From: Acanthaster planci
Lineage: Eukaryota
DNA: 64,000 bases
Assembly: GCF_001949145.1 (NCBI RefSeq)
Contig: NW_019091356.1
Location: 799,660 to 863,659, forward strand
Reading direction: 5' to 3'
Part shown: in pieces, positions 1-13,680 of the stretch
Numbering within the stretch: position 1 is the first letter of the stretch
Layout of the letters: the number at the start of each line of letters is the position of its first letter
Notes under the pieces: generated by a model
Told to the model about the DNA's origin: nothing
What the model saw: the letters and a program-made list of their open reading frames with translations, nothing else
The model's database searches: none
Program-made: the position numbers and the translations under genes

Positions 1-298
1 GAAACACTCTGATATATAAGTACATATTCATATACTGCATTCTTTAAAATTTGCATTGAATTTGCCAAAAAAGGAAAAAAAGAAATAATTGATGCTGTTA
101 TAAAAAATCAATTTTTGCTCCAAGCATAGTTCCAACATGATTTGCTACAATTTTAACATACATGTGAATATGTACAGCAAACAATTTGCCAGTCTTGCAT
201 GACAATATTCCGTGGCAGATGTAAAAACAGGATGCAATGACGTGACAAGAACAGCGCCCTCTTGCGTGCGTGCATATGGATCCATCTGCAGGTTAACC

Positions 299-3200
299 CT
301 ACTCGGCCTTGTTCTTTCTCTGTGTGAGCACTGACACACACTTTGGCAGCCAGACCACCACTGACAAGCCAAACACTAACCTCAGAATGTAGAACACCAA
401 CTGGGAGGAACCTCGTTGCATTATGGGAAGGTAGGAAATGGCGACAGCCTCAGCAACCAGGACCAAGCAGGAACGGAAGACTTCAAGGAAAGGAGCTGCA
501 GGTCTGATGGGAACAAAACCTGATAATTTGCAAAGTTGAAAATTTTGGCTCGAGCGAGCAAGCAAGCAAGCAACAACCGACCGACTGACCAACAAACAAA
601 CACAACAAAACTTACTTGGCATCATTGATCGCTCCAAGACACGTCAATGAAAAGATGATGTACGTCATGCCACAGATGGTGGCAGTTTGGGACAGCGTCT
701 GCAGACAGAGAATGAAAGAGATTGTTCTTCAACAGTTTCCTTTTCATGTTTAAAACTGCTTGAGCTCACATTAGATAAAAACTTGAACAACTCAGTCTGT
801 CAGCAAGTTCAAAGGTCACAACGTGTTACAGTTAGTTCTTAAGAAGATCACACCCTGGTTAGGTCTCTTCACTGAAAGTTCCACTGATGAATAAACTGAC
901 TGACATGACAAGAACAGCGCCCTCTTGCGTGCATGCAGGTGAACCCTACTCACATCATGGATAGGTCTCTTCATTTAACCCCTTCGTGCTGGGAGGCGGC
1001 TAGACATGCTGTAAAAATTGAGATCCTCAGCCCGCTTTTCAGCTATTATTCTCAGCCCACGCTCAAGCGAACACGGTGAAAGAAGGCAGACCCTGGCTCT
1101 TGTATATATGGTAATTGGTCTTTGTGTGTAGCCCAGAAATGAAAAGACCGAATTTGCATCATAATCACCAGCTTCACAATAGTCTCCACTTTGAAAAGAG
1201 GCAACGGGAATATGGAAGCGTGAGTAGAGCTGCATACCACCGAACAATCAGCCTTTTCACCGTGTAATTCAAAGCGTGCAGAGCAAGCAGGGCCACAAAC
1301 CGAGAATTTGCAGTTTGGCAGGTGGCCTTCTTGGCCAAGTGAGGCTGGAATTCTTGGAGTCAGCTTTCGTGAAGAAAGTCCCGTTGTCAAGGGGTTAAAG
1401 CTCCACTTATGAAAAACAATGACAAGCAAACTTACCTTCAGAGAAGTCATGAAAGCATCATAGACGTAGAAAATGACGGCAAAATGAATGATGATATAAA
1501 CATGACTCCAATGTGGCAGTCTAGGTCGGTACTTTGGCATCGGGTAATGAATCTAGAAAAACATGAAAACCATCTTGCAGTAAAGTTGGGTTGTAATCTG
1601 GAGGTAGGAAAAATGTCAAAACATGAACTGGAAAGAAGAAAAAAGGTATTTCCGTAAAAATTATTTGCTTTACAAATCACATGCTGCTCTTTCCCATTTA
1701 ACATTATATTAAATATGGCATTTTTCACATCACTTGGCAACAACACTGATAAGAAGCTAAATTTTTTCCCCTAATAGCCTAAAGCATCCAACTTACATCC
1801 GGTATGTCTTCAATGGATCCTTGCCTTGGTAATCCAGGCATCCATCCTGGTCCTTTCAGGAATACCCAGAGTTTGTTAGTCAATCCTGGCATGTTCCATG
1901 CTGTCTCCAAGATGTATTTATAGTGACAGTACTGTACCACAAAAACCACAAAACTTCACTTGCATGAATAAAAACATCCAACACGGTTCAAAACTGCAAC
2001 TACTTCTGAGAAATAAAGACCAGACCCAAATAATAACCTCATGCAGAATTATCAAGTCAAAAGAAATGATCAGGTTTTGAATGTTTTACCTGAGTGTAAA
2101 GTGGGTTGTATGATTCAAGTGGATGAACCAATCCAAAAACAACTGGCTCACTTTCAGGTTCAAAGGTGCCTGATTGAAAAAAATATCAAAGCAAGGAACA
2201 GTAAGGCAAGAGCCTTCCATTTAAATCAAATGAACCGAAATGGAAAACAGATGCCAACGAGAGAAATTGAAAATCAACTGAAAAATGATATAAAAACTAC
2301 TGAAAATCAAAAGATGGCAATTCAATACTGAATTGTGAATTGCAAATTGAAACTGGAAAAGGGAAATTGAAACTGGAAAAGGGAAACTGAAACTGGAAAA
2401 GGGAAACTGAAACTGGAAAAGGGAAATTGAAACTGGAAAAGGGAAATTGAAACTGGAAAAGGGAAACTGAAACTGGAAAAGGGAAATTGAAACTGGAAAA
2501 GGGAAATTGAAACTGGAAAAGGGAAATTGAAAAGGTTCAAAATCACAAAACTTAAAGTAAATCATCATTATCCAAGCCAAAAATCTGATATCACTTTTAA
2601 ACCGTTTGTGACATCTATACTCAATTTAATTTAATAAAAAAAATTACAGGCTATTTTAAGTGGTTAACAGTTTAGTACCAGAGACTTGGACAATACAAAT
2701 AACTGATATTTGTAATGAACAATAAATACCCCTGATTATGCAATCATCTTCCAAACAAAGATAAGCCAACTCACCAAACATTCGATCCCAGATGATGAGA
2801 GTTCCTGCATAGTTCTTATCAATGCAGTAACGATTCCGGCCTGTTACAAATACACCAAGGCCCATCTGATAAGTGTTTGTTCAGCACATTTGTACACGGA
2901 CAGCTGATCTTCCCGATTTGAGATTTTGATAACTGTGCTGGCTAAAGATGTCCTGAATTTTCGGGTGAACTTTTACAATTGACACAGGTTGCATGACTTT
3001 ACAATCCAAACCTCTCCAGATCCTTCAAAAATCACAAAGATTTCGCAGGATTGAGGAAGATAAAGCCAATCCACGAGTACTTAAGTAGGGCTTGATGCCC
3101 TTTGAATGTTGAAGTAAACCAAATGTGAGACTTGAGTTCAAGGTGAAAAGGACAAAAAGCCTTGCTGTAAAATTTAACAACTTTTATTGCTGTTTAAAAA

Positions 3201-6200
3201 TTGGAAACTTTATCAGTTTTCTAATGAGACGTACAGGTACCTACCATGATGAACCCTGTGGTGACTTGGTGTGTTTAGAATGTACTCCAAGGGACCAAGA
3301 CTTTTAATAACCTGTTCACAAACAGAAATGAAAACAGACAGAAAGGAAAGTTACAATTGTAGTGGATGAGAAACTTTAATACACTTGATCATATCTGTTT
3401 ACAGCTTTGCCTTCATAAGTGCCAAATTCCTTCCTAATTTACCAGGTCTGGAAGATTTTGCAGGAGGGATTTCAGGGGATTCAAAAAATTCCCCGCAAAA
3501 TACACAAGGAGTTAGGATTGGGATAAATAAGTGTCCAAGAGGATGACAGGTGGAGACAATGTTGCCATGGGATTTGGTTGACATACCCTTGTGTGAATCC
3601 AGAACTGGTAGAGGGTGTTGAACTGTTGATGCATCATAAATATGGGCGGGGGGATAGCGAAGGCCAACGGAAGGTAGAACATCTAAGAAGACAGGAAATG
3701 ATTGGATGAAGGATAGAGCATTGATGTATAATCCAATGAGAGCAACTAGAACAAGGACCGACGTCCAGCTAGGTGGTCCCTGAACAACTGGCTTTCATGT
3801 TCCTACAGCAGACCTTAAGGTGTATTATAAAATGGACGGACACGACTTGACTCCAACAAGAACCACAGAGTGACTTGAGGTTTGCAAACCCTTCTAGTAC
3901 GGGGTTTTCCCTGGACTAATCTTTTCTGGGATTTTCTTCAAATGTGGGTCTTTCCTTGTCAGCCCTAAATCTAAAGATGGGACACGAGAAGAGCCTTAAG
4001 TGCTGATTAGGATTCCCAGGATGAATGAGGCAATATTAAACTGAATGAGGCAATATTGAACTGAATGAGGCAATATTAAACTGAATGAGGCAATATTAAA
4101 CTGAATGAGGCAATATTAAACTGAATGAGGCAATATTAAACTGAATGAGGCAATATTAAACTGAATGAGGCAATATTAAACTGAATAAAACAAGTCGATA
4201 GGAGTCAGTTTTCAGGCCAAAATGCCAAGTCCAGCTCCTGATTTTCTCACCACTTCACCACTCTTTCAAATTAGTACTCAGACTACAAACTTTCTCTGAA
4301 GACATGACATCATTCCATACATACACTGTGATCTTACGGTTGTTCACTGTGCATGTAATTTAGACTCTATTTATACTGTATAATTGCTGATCAAGGTCGA
4401 CATTTCATGCAAAGTGCCAGGAATATTCCTTTTAAAATGGATACTGTTATTAATTTGATTTTAAAACAGAAAAATAGACTCTTTTTTTTACCCATGACAC
4501 AAATCGCTGGCAAATGGACTGCCTAAGTGCGGTGGTGAGATTGTATTCCTCTGAGCTATGATGAACTTGATGAGCAGCCCAGAAGATGTTGACTTCTGCA
4601 AGACGGGTCAATGAAACTGATTCATTAGAAAAAAGACACAAGAGCATTTGCACCTTGCATGGTTGAGCTGTAAGTGAGGCTGAACTGGCAAATTCCACAT
4701 GCCTGAATAGGTTTTTACATCATAGCTTAGAAAATCTACATAGTAAAAGATGAAATCTCAACCAATCAAAATAGTTGTACTATCTGAGGCATTTATAAAT
4801 AGCCAATGGTGATCTCTGTACCATGTGACATTCTATGCATCCAATAGTAACCCAGATCCACCAGCACAAAGCAAATGATCCAAGTCCAGGGGCTGTCCCA
4901 CGCCAAAGTGGCCAGTCGATAATTCTCATGCACCCAGACGTAGAAGCCAATGTTAACGCCATGAGATAAGAACCTACAAGCAGATGAGGACAAACAAGTT
5001 GATGTTGGACTTAGATGACTTGTTTCAGTAACGTTTTACCTTGCAAGTAATGTACGTTCAATGCATTCTAACTAAATAAATAAATGTACAAGCTTTGCTC
5101 ATTGAAAAATCTGCTTATCAAAGGAGGTGACATTTCTATTTTCAGTCCCAAATATATTGTAACTTTTCTTGACTTTTTTTTTTACTGTCAGACATATACA
5201 TGTACATGCATTTTAAGTTTCAGCCTGTATGTCTGTTATGTCCTGAAGACTGGGGTGTTAAAGGGACAGAGTAAACTCACGTGTAGAGAGACTCAAACGT
5301 GGGAGACAAAAGGAGATAAGTACAATTGGACCCACCTGATTCCTACATAACTGATTTGTGGATTTGCTTAACAAAAGACCCTGTATTTGGGGATGGATCA
5401 AAATTGCTGCAAAAGTCTTCACTACATGTATCTATCAACTCCAGATGCTTACTGTGTCAGGAGCAGCAACATGCCAGCTGTGAGGGAACTGATGCTATCA
5501 GGGAGGAAGAACCTCTCTCGTACCTTCTTGTCTGCAATAGTTACAATCATCTCCAAGAGAGCCAGCAAACCAAAGAAGGGAATAGCCTAGAGGAGGAGAA
5601 TAGAATAAGAACTGGTTCATTTCATTCAAATCTAATATTTGATTTCAACATGAAGGTCCATTACACAGACAACTGTCCAATATCTCTGATACCTACTTAT
5701 TCAAAACCTAGTCCAATCTACGGTCTGCCCACCAAACTCTTCTGACACCACTCAATTCTCACCAGTTCTGGTCAGGGAGGAGATGGTGAAGGAAACAGTT
5801 TGTCCTAGATGGATGTCCAAAGTCTACAAAAAAGGTTTTCTGCACATGTTCCCGGACGGAAATTCCTCAGCCCCACCCAAACTTTTCTGAAAACACCTTT
5901 TGTTTTTCCTACATCTCTACAAAGGAAAATCATCTTCCCTTTTTAGCTTTTTCTGATATGTTGTAAAAATTTTGCAATTCATCTTTTGTTTCTGTTTCAA
6001 AAATGGTGAACGGGTATATCACAGCAGCTAAAAATTATTATAAACTTTTGACATGAAACAATGGAAATATACAAAACAAACAAAAGAGAGACATACAAAT
6101 ATGACAAGCATTTTGCCACATGCATTTTGAGCATAACACTTCAGTGACTAATCATGTTATTTACCTCGTAGAAATAATCTGGTACATCTTCCAGGTTCTC

Positions 6201-6281
6201 AAATGATGTCTCATTTGGAGTGACTGCGTAGAACAGTCGTCTAGTCCCTGTAAGGACATCGGCATTGAACAATCCTGGCAT
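299..6281 (-). CDS. AGMO: Alkylglycerol monooxygenase (fatty acid hydroxylase family), 12 coding exons, complete
   Basis: Exons with GT-AG boundaries in consistent phase: 6165-6281, 5453-5586, 4822-4973, 4492-4595, 3587-3682, 3245-3311, 2775-2840, 2090-2169, 1797-1931, 1436-1552, 616-698, 299-503. Translation has RRLFYAVTPNETSF, His boxes [77 protein letters not shown], and KGPGW. An acceptor at 6294 implies an upstream non-coding exon; a candidate donor lies near 8792. Confidence 0.95.
979..1394. mobile_element. piggyBac-like non-autonomous element in an AGMO intron
   Basis: TTAA|CCCCTT ... AAGGGG|TTAA: TTAA on both flanks (975-978, 1395-1398) with short CCCCTT inverted termini. Confidence 0.55.
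2345..2531. repeat. Minisatellite, 20-bp unit (TGAAACTGGAAAAGGGAAAY), about 9 copies
   Basis: Direct tandem array visible in an AGMO intron. Confidence 0.95.
4022..4186. repeat. Minisatellite, 20-bp unit (TGAATGAGGCAATATTAAAC), about 8 copies
   Basis: Near-perfect tandem array in an AGMO intron. Confidence 0.95.
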
Positions 6282-7189
6282 CTTGCTAAGCCTCTGTAAG
6301 AAAAATGAGTGAACATCAGAATCATATTTCACCAATATCAGGCATGCATCTATGCAGACTTTAAGTTGAGCAAAGATCACTACTTATCTGATTATTTAGT
6401 GTAAGTAACACAATTTAGCTCTTTGACCATGACTAATGACAAGGAGGGGGAAAGACCTTTTTGAAAACAAACTTTGCCGAAAATCATTCCGTCAGTGATC
6501 ACTGTTGATCTCTTAAAAAGCAACCGTCATCAATACTACCTGCAGTTACTGAACCAAGAAAGTACTAAGACCAATCGTGGTCAACATTTTGACATTTGCT
6601 GCATTGCAAGTAAAATGAAAAGCTTTTTAAAACAAACTCAAGAACAGAATTTAAATTAATTGCAAACATTTTCTCTTTGACAGGTTGGTGGGACTACCAC
6701 TAAACTAATGTAAAGTTGAATATTATATCAAATGAAGCTTATTATATTTGAAGCTATGAAAGAAATGCCTTATTTGTTGCAATTTTGAAAATTTTCTTTA
6801 TCAATTATTGATGATAACACATAGAAACTCAATCCTGAAGTTTGTAGCCTCTGAAGTAAGAAGTAGAAGTTATGCATTGAGGCGGAGTTGGAGGGTAAGG
6901 ATTTGTAGCACTAGGATAGGCTCAGCACATTCATTGTAACTAAATTAACATAACAAAGGATAGCCTCCAAAGCACCAGCAATGCATCCTGATGGCCAAAG
7001 TTCACTTTGCAAGGATTCTGTACAAACAACATGTTGACAGGTTAACAAATGTCAGGTTGAGTGAACTTTTCACTTTCAAGTTAATGTTTAATTTCAAATT
7101 CAGACCCATGGTAACTTGATGTACAGGTGAACCAAAGACACTAATCAATCAAAACAATGTTCAGAATATTTAACAAAATATCTTTCAAA

Positions 7190-7816
7190 AGAAACTATAT
7201 CGGGAAACTGATAAATGATTATAAAGATGAACAAAGAAATTGACTGGAGGGGGATTTGAACCTGCGACCTCTGGAACACTGTACCAACTGAGCTATCCAG
7301 CCCTATGTTGGTGGCTCTTCCTATTTGTCAATATCACCAGGGGCTAAGGTACATGGTGTTTCAGGTTTAATGGCTTTTGGCTAATACCTCCCCCCCCCAC
7401 AGAAATATTGACAAATTGGACAAATATTGACAATGTAGGGCTAGATAGCTCAGTTGGTAGAGCACTGGCACGGTGTTCCAGAGGTTGCAGGTTCAAATCA
7501 ATTTCTTTGTTCATCTTTATAATCATTTATAAGTACCTAGTCAGTTTCCCGATATAGTTTCTTTCGTAATATGTTCAAAAAGCTGTATTCTCTCTGAGTA
7601 ATCCCTGTTCACCACTTGCCAGGTTGTATTGTGTTATTGGGGTGTGATCCCTGGCTTACATGGTGTTTCAGGTTTAATGGCTTCTGGCCCCCGAACAGAG
7701 ATATTGACAAATGAGAAGAGCCACCAACATAGGGCTGGATAGCTCAGTTGGTATGGTGTTCCAGAGGTCGCAGGTTCAAATCCCGCTCCAGTCAATTTCT
7801 TTGTTTATCTTTATAA
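7190..7816. mobile_element. Three copies of a tRNA-derived SINE-like repeat (one on -, two on +)
   Basis: Each copy has A-box-like GATAGCTCAGTTGGTA and B-box-like GGTTCAAATC, with the shared tail TCAATTTCTTTGTT(C/T)ATCTTTATAA. Copies at about 7190-7335 (-), 7404-7565 (+) and 7700-7816 (+). None forms a complete cloverleaf. Confidence 0.75.
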
Positions 7817-7950
7817 ACAAATATCTTTTAACAGAAATAAAACTTCTTTTAGAGATCATGGAAATGTACAATTTAATTTTCTTTTCAGTTGATAACCCTA
7901 ACCCCAAAGGGTGTATGTAAGCATACTGAAATTGGAGGATTTGGGACTGT

Positions 7951-8697
7951 TATGGAGGTTTGGAATTGAATTTTTGTGGTGAAATGGTTTGCAGCCCTAA
8001 GAAAGCTATTAAACCAAAATTTCCCCTGTCAGCATATCTGCTTGATCTTTCCCTGCTAAAAAGGGGATAACAAAAGTTTCAGAGCATGAGAAGGAGTATT
8101 TTTGGACAAAAACAAGATTTTTGCTCACCAATTTCTCGCTTCCAACTGTTGACTGTCGCTCCGTTAATGCCATTCATGTTTATCAGGTTGCACATGCGTT
8201 GAGCCAACCAATGACCACGCTTGCTCTGCATCTTGGCTCGACCATTTTCGGTGGTAGGGGATGACATCTTGTGTGGATTTCATTGTGGGACCGTACTGTC
8301 CTGGCTGCTGTTGTGACCTGGAAACACACATCGGGCAAGACGCGCGACATGTGCTGCGTTGTGTGTGATGTCATCCTCCGCCAGCGAAAATGGTCATACC
8401 AAAATGCGGAACAAGTGCGGTCATCGGTGGGCTCAACGCTCAGCAGCCTGATAAACATGAACGGCATGAATGGAGAGACAGTCAATGGGTGGAAGTGAAA
8501 AATTGGTGAGCAAAAATCTCATTTTTGTCCAAAAATACTCCGTCTGATGCTCTGAAACTTTTGTTATCCCCTTTTTAGCAGGTAGGCCTAGGCCCTGGCT
8601 ATAGTCTCAAGCAGATATGCTGACAGGGGAGAATTTGGTTTAACAGCTTAGGGCTGTAAACCATTTCACCACAAAAATTCGATTCCAAAACCCCATA
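7951..8697. mobile_element. Foldback/MITE-type element with about 320-bp inverted arms
   Basis: Arm 7951-8268 is the imperfect reverse complement of 8367-8697 (e.g. GCTAAAAAGGGGATAACAAAAGTTTCAGAGCAT / ATGCTCTGAAACTTTTGTTATCCCCTTTTTAGC); spacer is about 100 bp. Confidence 0.85.
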
Positions 8698-9135
8698 GCG
8701 TGACAACACCATGTAAACCTTGTCTCCTCGGAGTCACACGGAGTAATACGGAGTGACTTCTCGAAGTAAGCCTAGTCTGTACTGCTACTTACTTAGGCCT
8801 AGTATTAGTACTACTACTAGCGTAATGACAGAAGGAAGGCTGAGAAGCAGATCTTTAGTCTTTATAGAAGACTCATAATTATCTTGACAATGTAACGAAT
8901 GAGGAACTTATAAAGCATAAGATGAACCAACCTTCAGACGTACTCGGTGAAGACCAAAAAACAGTCCACGCTCAGCGCGGTGAGCTCAATTCAACTTGAC
9001 TGCGCTGACATTTATTTATAAGCACATCGTTCTCTTGAGGGCGCACTTTATGTGGTGGAGTGCGGAATATTAGTACGTGTTATCGCTAACAAAAATTAGG
9101 ATTTCTGTCCAGTGTAGGTTTTTTTGTTCAGCAAA

Positions 9136-11119
9136 ATGCCACTTGGAGAAAAACCATTCTGTCTGACATGTAAAACAACTAATTCTGTCATCTGGAGGCA
9201 AAGTTCTGATGGAAAAATCCAGTGCAACTCTTGCGGTCTGAAACACCCCGGAACAGGCGACGGCAGCGAGGACGGAAGGCAGCCGTCAACGGGCGCCACT
9301 TCGGGACAAAATGGTGGCGGGGCAAGTGGAAGATTGGGCAGAGAAGGAACCAGGAAATCTGCCAGAACTGTGAAAAAATTGCGCTACAAACAGATTGTTA
9401 ATGCTGCCAAGTCACAGGCCACCAAGGGGAAAAATAGGAGGATCATTTTTAAAAGACATGTAAGTTCTAAACATCTTTTTTTTAAAGCATACCGTTTACC
9501 GGTGGCCTACTGACACGATACATGTAGTCTGTTAGGAGTACATGTACAGTAGTCATGTTTGTCAGATTATCAGCGTTGCATTTTTAATAAGTTACTACGT
9601 GTTTACTGCTCTCATAACTACCTATTGACAGAATGCACTGTATTTGTTATATTGATTATGACACTAATTTTTCCTTTGAATGGTATAACAGCTGTCAGCA
9701 AGTGATTACGTCCTAAAAAGTGGATCTTAGCTTAGTAAATTGGAAAGCATTTACTCAGAAAACAGACTAGTCTCACAGGTTTGTGCACAGAGGCATCAAG
9801 TGTTTTCCGTATTCAAAAGTCTTTCCCAATACCCTACCATTGGTTTACTTTGTCCTTTCCTGTTCCATTTTGAAAGTTGCATCATCAGAATAGTCTTCTA
9901 TTTTCATTATATAAATTTGCATAAAACAATTTCTAACATAGCAAAGGGAAAATAGATATTCTCAAACTGGAAGGACGTTGCATTTTTCTCCTGTTCTGAT
10001 TTCCAGTCCATGAAAGCTCCAGAAGCCAATGCCACCGTTGTAACAAGTAACAGTGTGTTCCATCATGTAAGTAAACTCACCATATCATTTCTTTCTTCCA
10101 AAATGTTCATAAATCTCTAATTTATCATTAAGAAATGTTGAAAATAGAAGAATCTATTTTGGTGCAGAGATTTATATTGACAGTTCTTTGTTGAACATAA
10201 TTCACATAGCTTGCCCTTACCAGCAGGTAAATATCCCAATATTAAATTCAATGCTAACAAATTGTTTTGAGATTGGACATTGTTTTTCAGAAAATCAGAA
10301 CTAATGTAGCTTTCCTTTAATTTACAGGGTGTCTACTTGCAAGCAGGTGACATTGTGTCAATCTTAGATGTTGAGGGCGGTATTTACTATGCACAGATCC
10401 GAGGGTTTCTTCAAGATCAGTATGGTGACAAGAGTGCAGTGATTACGTGGTTGCTCCCCACACAGGCGACTGACAAAAAACATTTTGATCCTGCTACATA
10501 CATTTTGGGTAAGGAAAAGAAAAAAATTTGATTTATGTCATTCCCAATTTGTTTCCCAATTGTGATATTTTACAAATTTGTATGTTCCCCTTCCTTGTGA
10601 TTTTCAAATTTTTGATATAACAACAATGTGGTATATAACATCATTGTCTCCTGCTTCTAGTGGCTTTGGTTGTATTTTTTATAAGAACCCAATGGGAAGA
10701 ACGTAGCTCATCATTGGTGCATTTTCGTCTTCAGGAACATGTAGTATGAGGTCAAAGTTCAGACTCTGTCCATACTTGAAATGTTTTGAGTGTTATTTGT
10801 GCAGACGTGAAATCCAACATGAAACGAATGTAAGGGTTCATTATTTCCTTTGATTTACACTGGGCTGTACAAGTTACTATTTAAAAATACACTCAAGCAG
10901 TCGTTTTTTGAAAATAATGCCTTGACAGGTCCAGAAGAAGAACTCCCTCGCTCCCTGGAATATCTGGAGTTTGTTTGCCATGCCCCCAGCGAGTACTACC
11001 GGTCTAGAACCACGCCCCTTCCTGTAGACTCCCTCAGAGAGGAGAAGGGTTTTATCTGGTCCAGTGTCATGCCACAAAGACCCCCGTCTACAGCTGCCAT
11101 CTTTGGGGGGAAAAGTTGA
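9136..11119 (+). CDS. GATAD1: GATA zinc finger domain-containing protein 1, 4 coding exons
   Basis: Exons 9136-9459, 10007-10066, 10328-10508, 10929-11119. MPLGEKPFCLTC...W...CNSC zinc finger; TKGKNRRIIFK; GDIVSILDVEGGIYYAQIRGFLQDQYGDKSAVITWLLPT; FDPATYILGPEEELPRSLEYLEFVCHAPSEYY. Confidence 0.95.
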
Positions 11120-13106
11120 CCTGGAACTTTTTAGGCAAATATCTTTCGACGGGGCATTGAAAGCACTTTTGAACTTACTTTATAACAAGAGACCAATTTC
11201 CAGGGAGAAACCGAAGGTTTAACTTCCTCCAAAGCACATTTATAAATGGGAGACAGTTATGCCCAATTTATTGACTACATTTTTATTGTAGGTTCACTAA
11301 CAGTTCTTTTCAAAAATAAACAAAATCTTCACTTGTCCTGAACAACTTATTATTGGAGACACTGAAGTTCCAGCGTTTGTATTTGATTGTTGTAAATAAA
11401 TTACAGCCAAAAAAATGAACATTCAGAGTGGTGATGGTTTATTGCAACCTGCTGTCCAGGTCCGAGTTTCTGCTGACAGAGCGGTATTAACCAATTTGTC
11501 CTTGGATAAAAAATGCGTCAGTGCCTTGAGAAATTGATCGAAAATAGTATGGATTCTCAGTAGTTCAGTGTCACACCCATCTCTTCCAATTCTCTAAATC
11601 CAAGCAAACATACACCAAGCAGAAACCACTAGATCATTTGCTAAGCAATCTTTATTCTGTTCAAATGGCAATAAAATTTACTATATATATCTTTCGTCAA
11701 GTCACTGCCTGAGCAGTAAAGATATTTACAGAATATAAAAAATAATAAACCCTCAAATTTCATACAATTAGACCAATACAAATCATACGACTCCCTGTAC
11801 AAATTTACCCAGGAAGTCACAATGATGGGAACAGATTTGAGAAAACACAAATCGATTTTGGCAACTAAGCTCTAGGATTCCAAGGTGCTCAGCTGCATGA
11901 TTTCATGAAAAAAAAAATCAAAACCCATCCATGTTATTCTGTCCTGTAACAAAAATTCACTCTGACTGCAGCACTCGATGAACAGGCTGCCTTAGTTTTT
12001 GGTCATGTATAAAAATGCTCCCGAGAAGGTATTACTTAGAGGTTCACTTCATGTATAATGATATGAGGGCATTATGAAATTTCATGATGTTTATGTTGAA
12101 CTTTGCTCTGTCGTGCTGTTGGCTCATGGTGCGTACAAACAATACAATTTGAAGGTTAAGGACTTTCCGGCGATATCAGTTTACTGACTGTCCAGTTCAA
12201 CATGGATGGAGCTAGATAAACTTTACTGAGCTCCAGCAAGTACAAAACATGGTATAAACAGGAAAGAAAAGAAAACCAGTACAGTCAGAGTTTGATTTCT
12301 TGGACTCATTCACTGATGCATGACTTCAAAGATGTCCTCATTTCAAATACAGCATATCAGCCATTAACCAAAGAAGGCCATGTAAACGAAGGGACAGGAA
12401 TCCAATTCAGGACATCCTTGATTGAAAGCTGTGCACAGAACTAATTGAAGTCATTGTAAAAAATAAGATGAATGAAATAAAAAAGCAAACAAACATAAGG
12501 AGTCCTTGATTTACAGCAGATAAATATGTGAGGTCATCTACAAGCAGTACACTGACCCGGCCAGTGCACACGACCTGTTGTTGCAAACAGCACCCCGAGG
12601 AAGACACAGTGTGCTCAAAAGGCAGAATTACAGTATGAAATATCACACAAATACTGTGCAAATAACTCCGAGTCAAACAGCTTGAAGTGTTTGACAATGT
12701 ACCTCGTTTCTTCAAACAATCAGGTTTGCCATCAAAGATAATCCAGAGTCTGTGTAAGTTTACGGTAGAAAAAGCCAAGTGCAATGAGATAACTCAGTAA
12801 GAATTGTTACTCGGTCTTTGTGTTGGTTTTATACAGTACTGTTGTCATTTCACAACCCAGGCATACCCCTCCCCATTGCCAATTTCATTTTGTTTTTTTA
12901 TTGGCCATGATCTGAAAGTCAGAAGACCCCCCTAAAGGGCATAAATCACGGAAAGGTCTTATTTGATGTGTACAGTTAAGGACAAAACAAAGAGATTAAA
13001 TGGCGTCACAATCCTCTGCCTGAACAATGATTTCCTGAACCCCCCCCCCGCAAATAATCCTGGATCTGCCCCTGCACCCCAAGCTCTCTGATCCTACTCA
13101 GCTGAA

Positions 13107-13680
13107 CCACTTCCTGCCGGGTGCCTTTTCCAAATGCAGTGCCTAAATATGCGCGATTTTTCAATATTTTCAGTTTACAAAAATCTTCAAAAATTCTTAC
13201 CTTTTTTTTTTCCCCGACTGCCTAATCCCCAACGAGTGACTGTCTGGTGGCTACTCTAATCTGACAGACAACATCTATTGATGCCCAAATATTTCAGCCA
13301 GGCCTGCCACCTTGTAAAAGGAGTCAGAATTTTGTGGTATTATACAAGTTTCTTTTGTTCCCGAAACTGGCACAGTGCACTGCTGACTTTTTTTCAAAAT
13401 GAGCTAGATTAGCATGCAGCAGTACTGTATTGCTCATCCCTGGAGCACTTTTGTCCCCGGTGGTAATCCGCTGGCACTGAATCCCACAAACAGTGGTGTA
13501 ATCTTTCAAAACAATGACAGATTTCCTCCGCCATTGACAACTGAAAAAATGTTGGCAATTCCCAGCGGCTTGGTCTTTTGTTCCAAATACTTTTTTGTTA
13601 CAAGGCTCAGCTCTTTTGTCCGATTTTGGCTATGCTACAAACCCAAGGTACCTGAAACCAAGTTCCCCAGCAGCACATGG
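13107..13680. mobile_element. Degenerate copy of the piggyBac-like MITE at 17221-17583
   Basis: Begins CCACTTCCTGCCGGGTG and shares the internal core CTGTCTGGTGGCTACTYTAATCTGACAGACAA...TTTCAGCCAGGCCTGC with 17348-17416. Flanks are decayed (TGAA/TCAA). Confidence 0.7.

Noticed and set aside
2221..2580. ORFs with FQFQFPFSS repeats
   Set aside because: They are translations of a 20-bp intronic minisatellite.
7437..7500. Possible functional tRNA
   Set aside because: A and B boxes are present but the acceptor stem is incomplete; it belongs to a repeat family.
8079..8498. Mirror-image ORFs on both strands (INMNGxNGxTVN.WK)
   Set aside because: An artefact of the inverted arms of the foldback element; no domain evidence.
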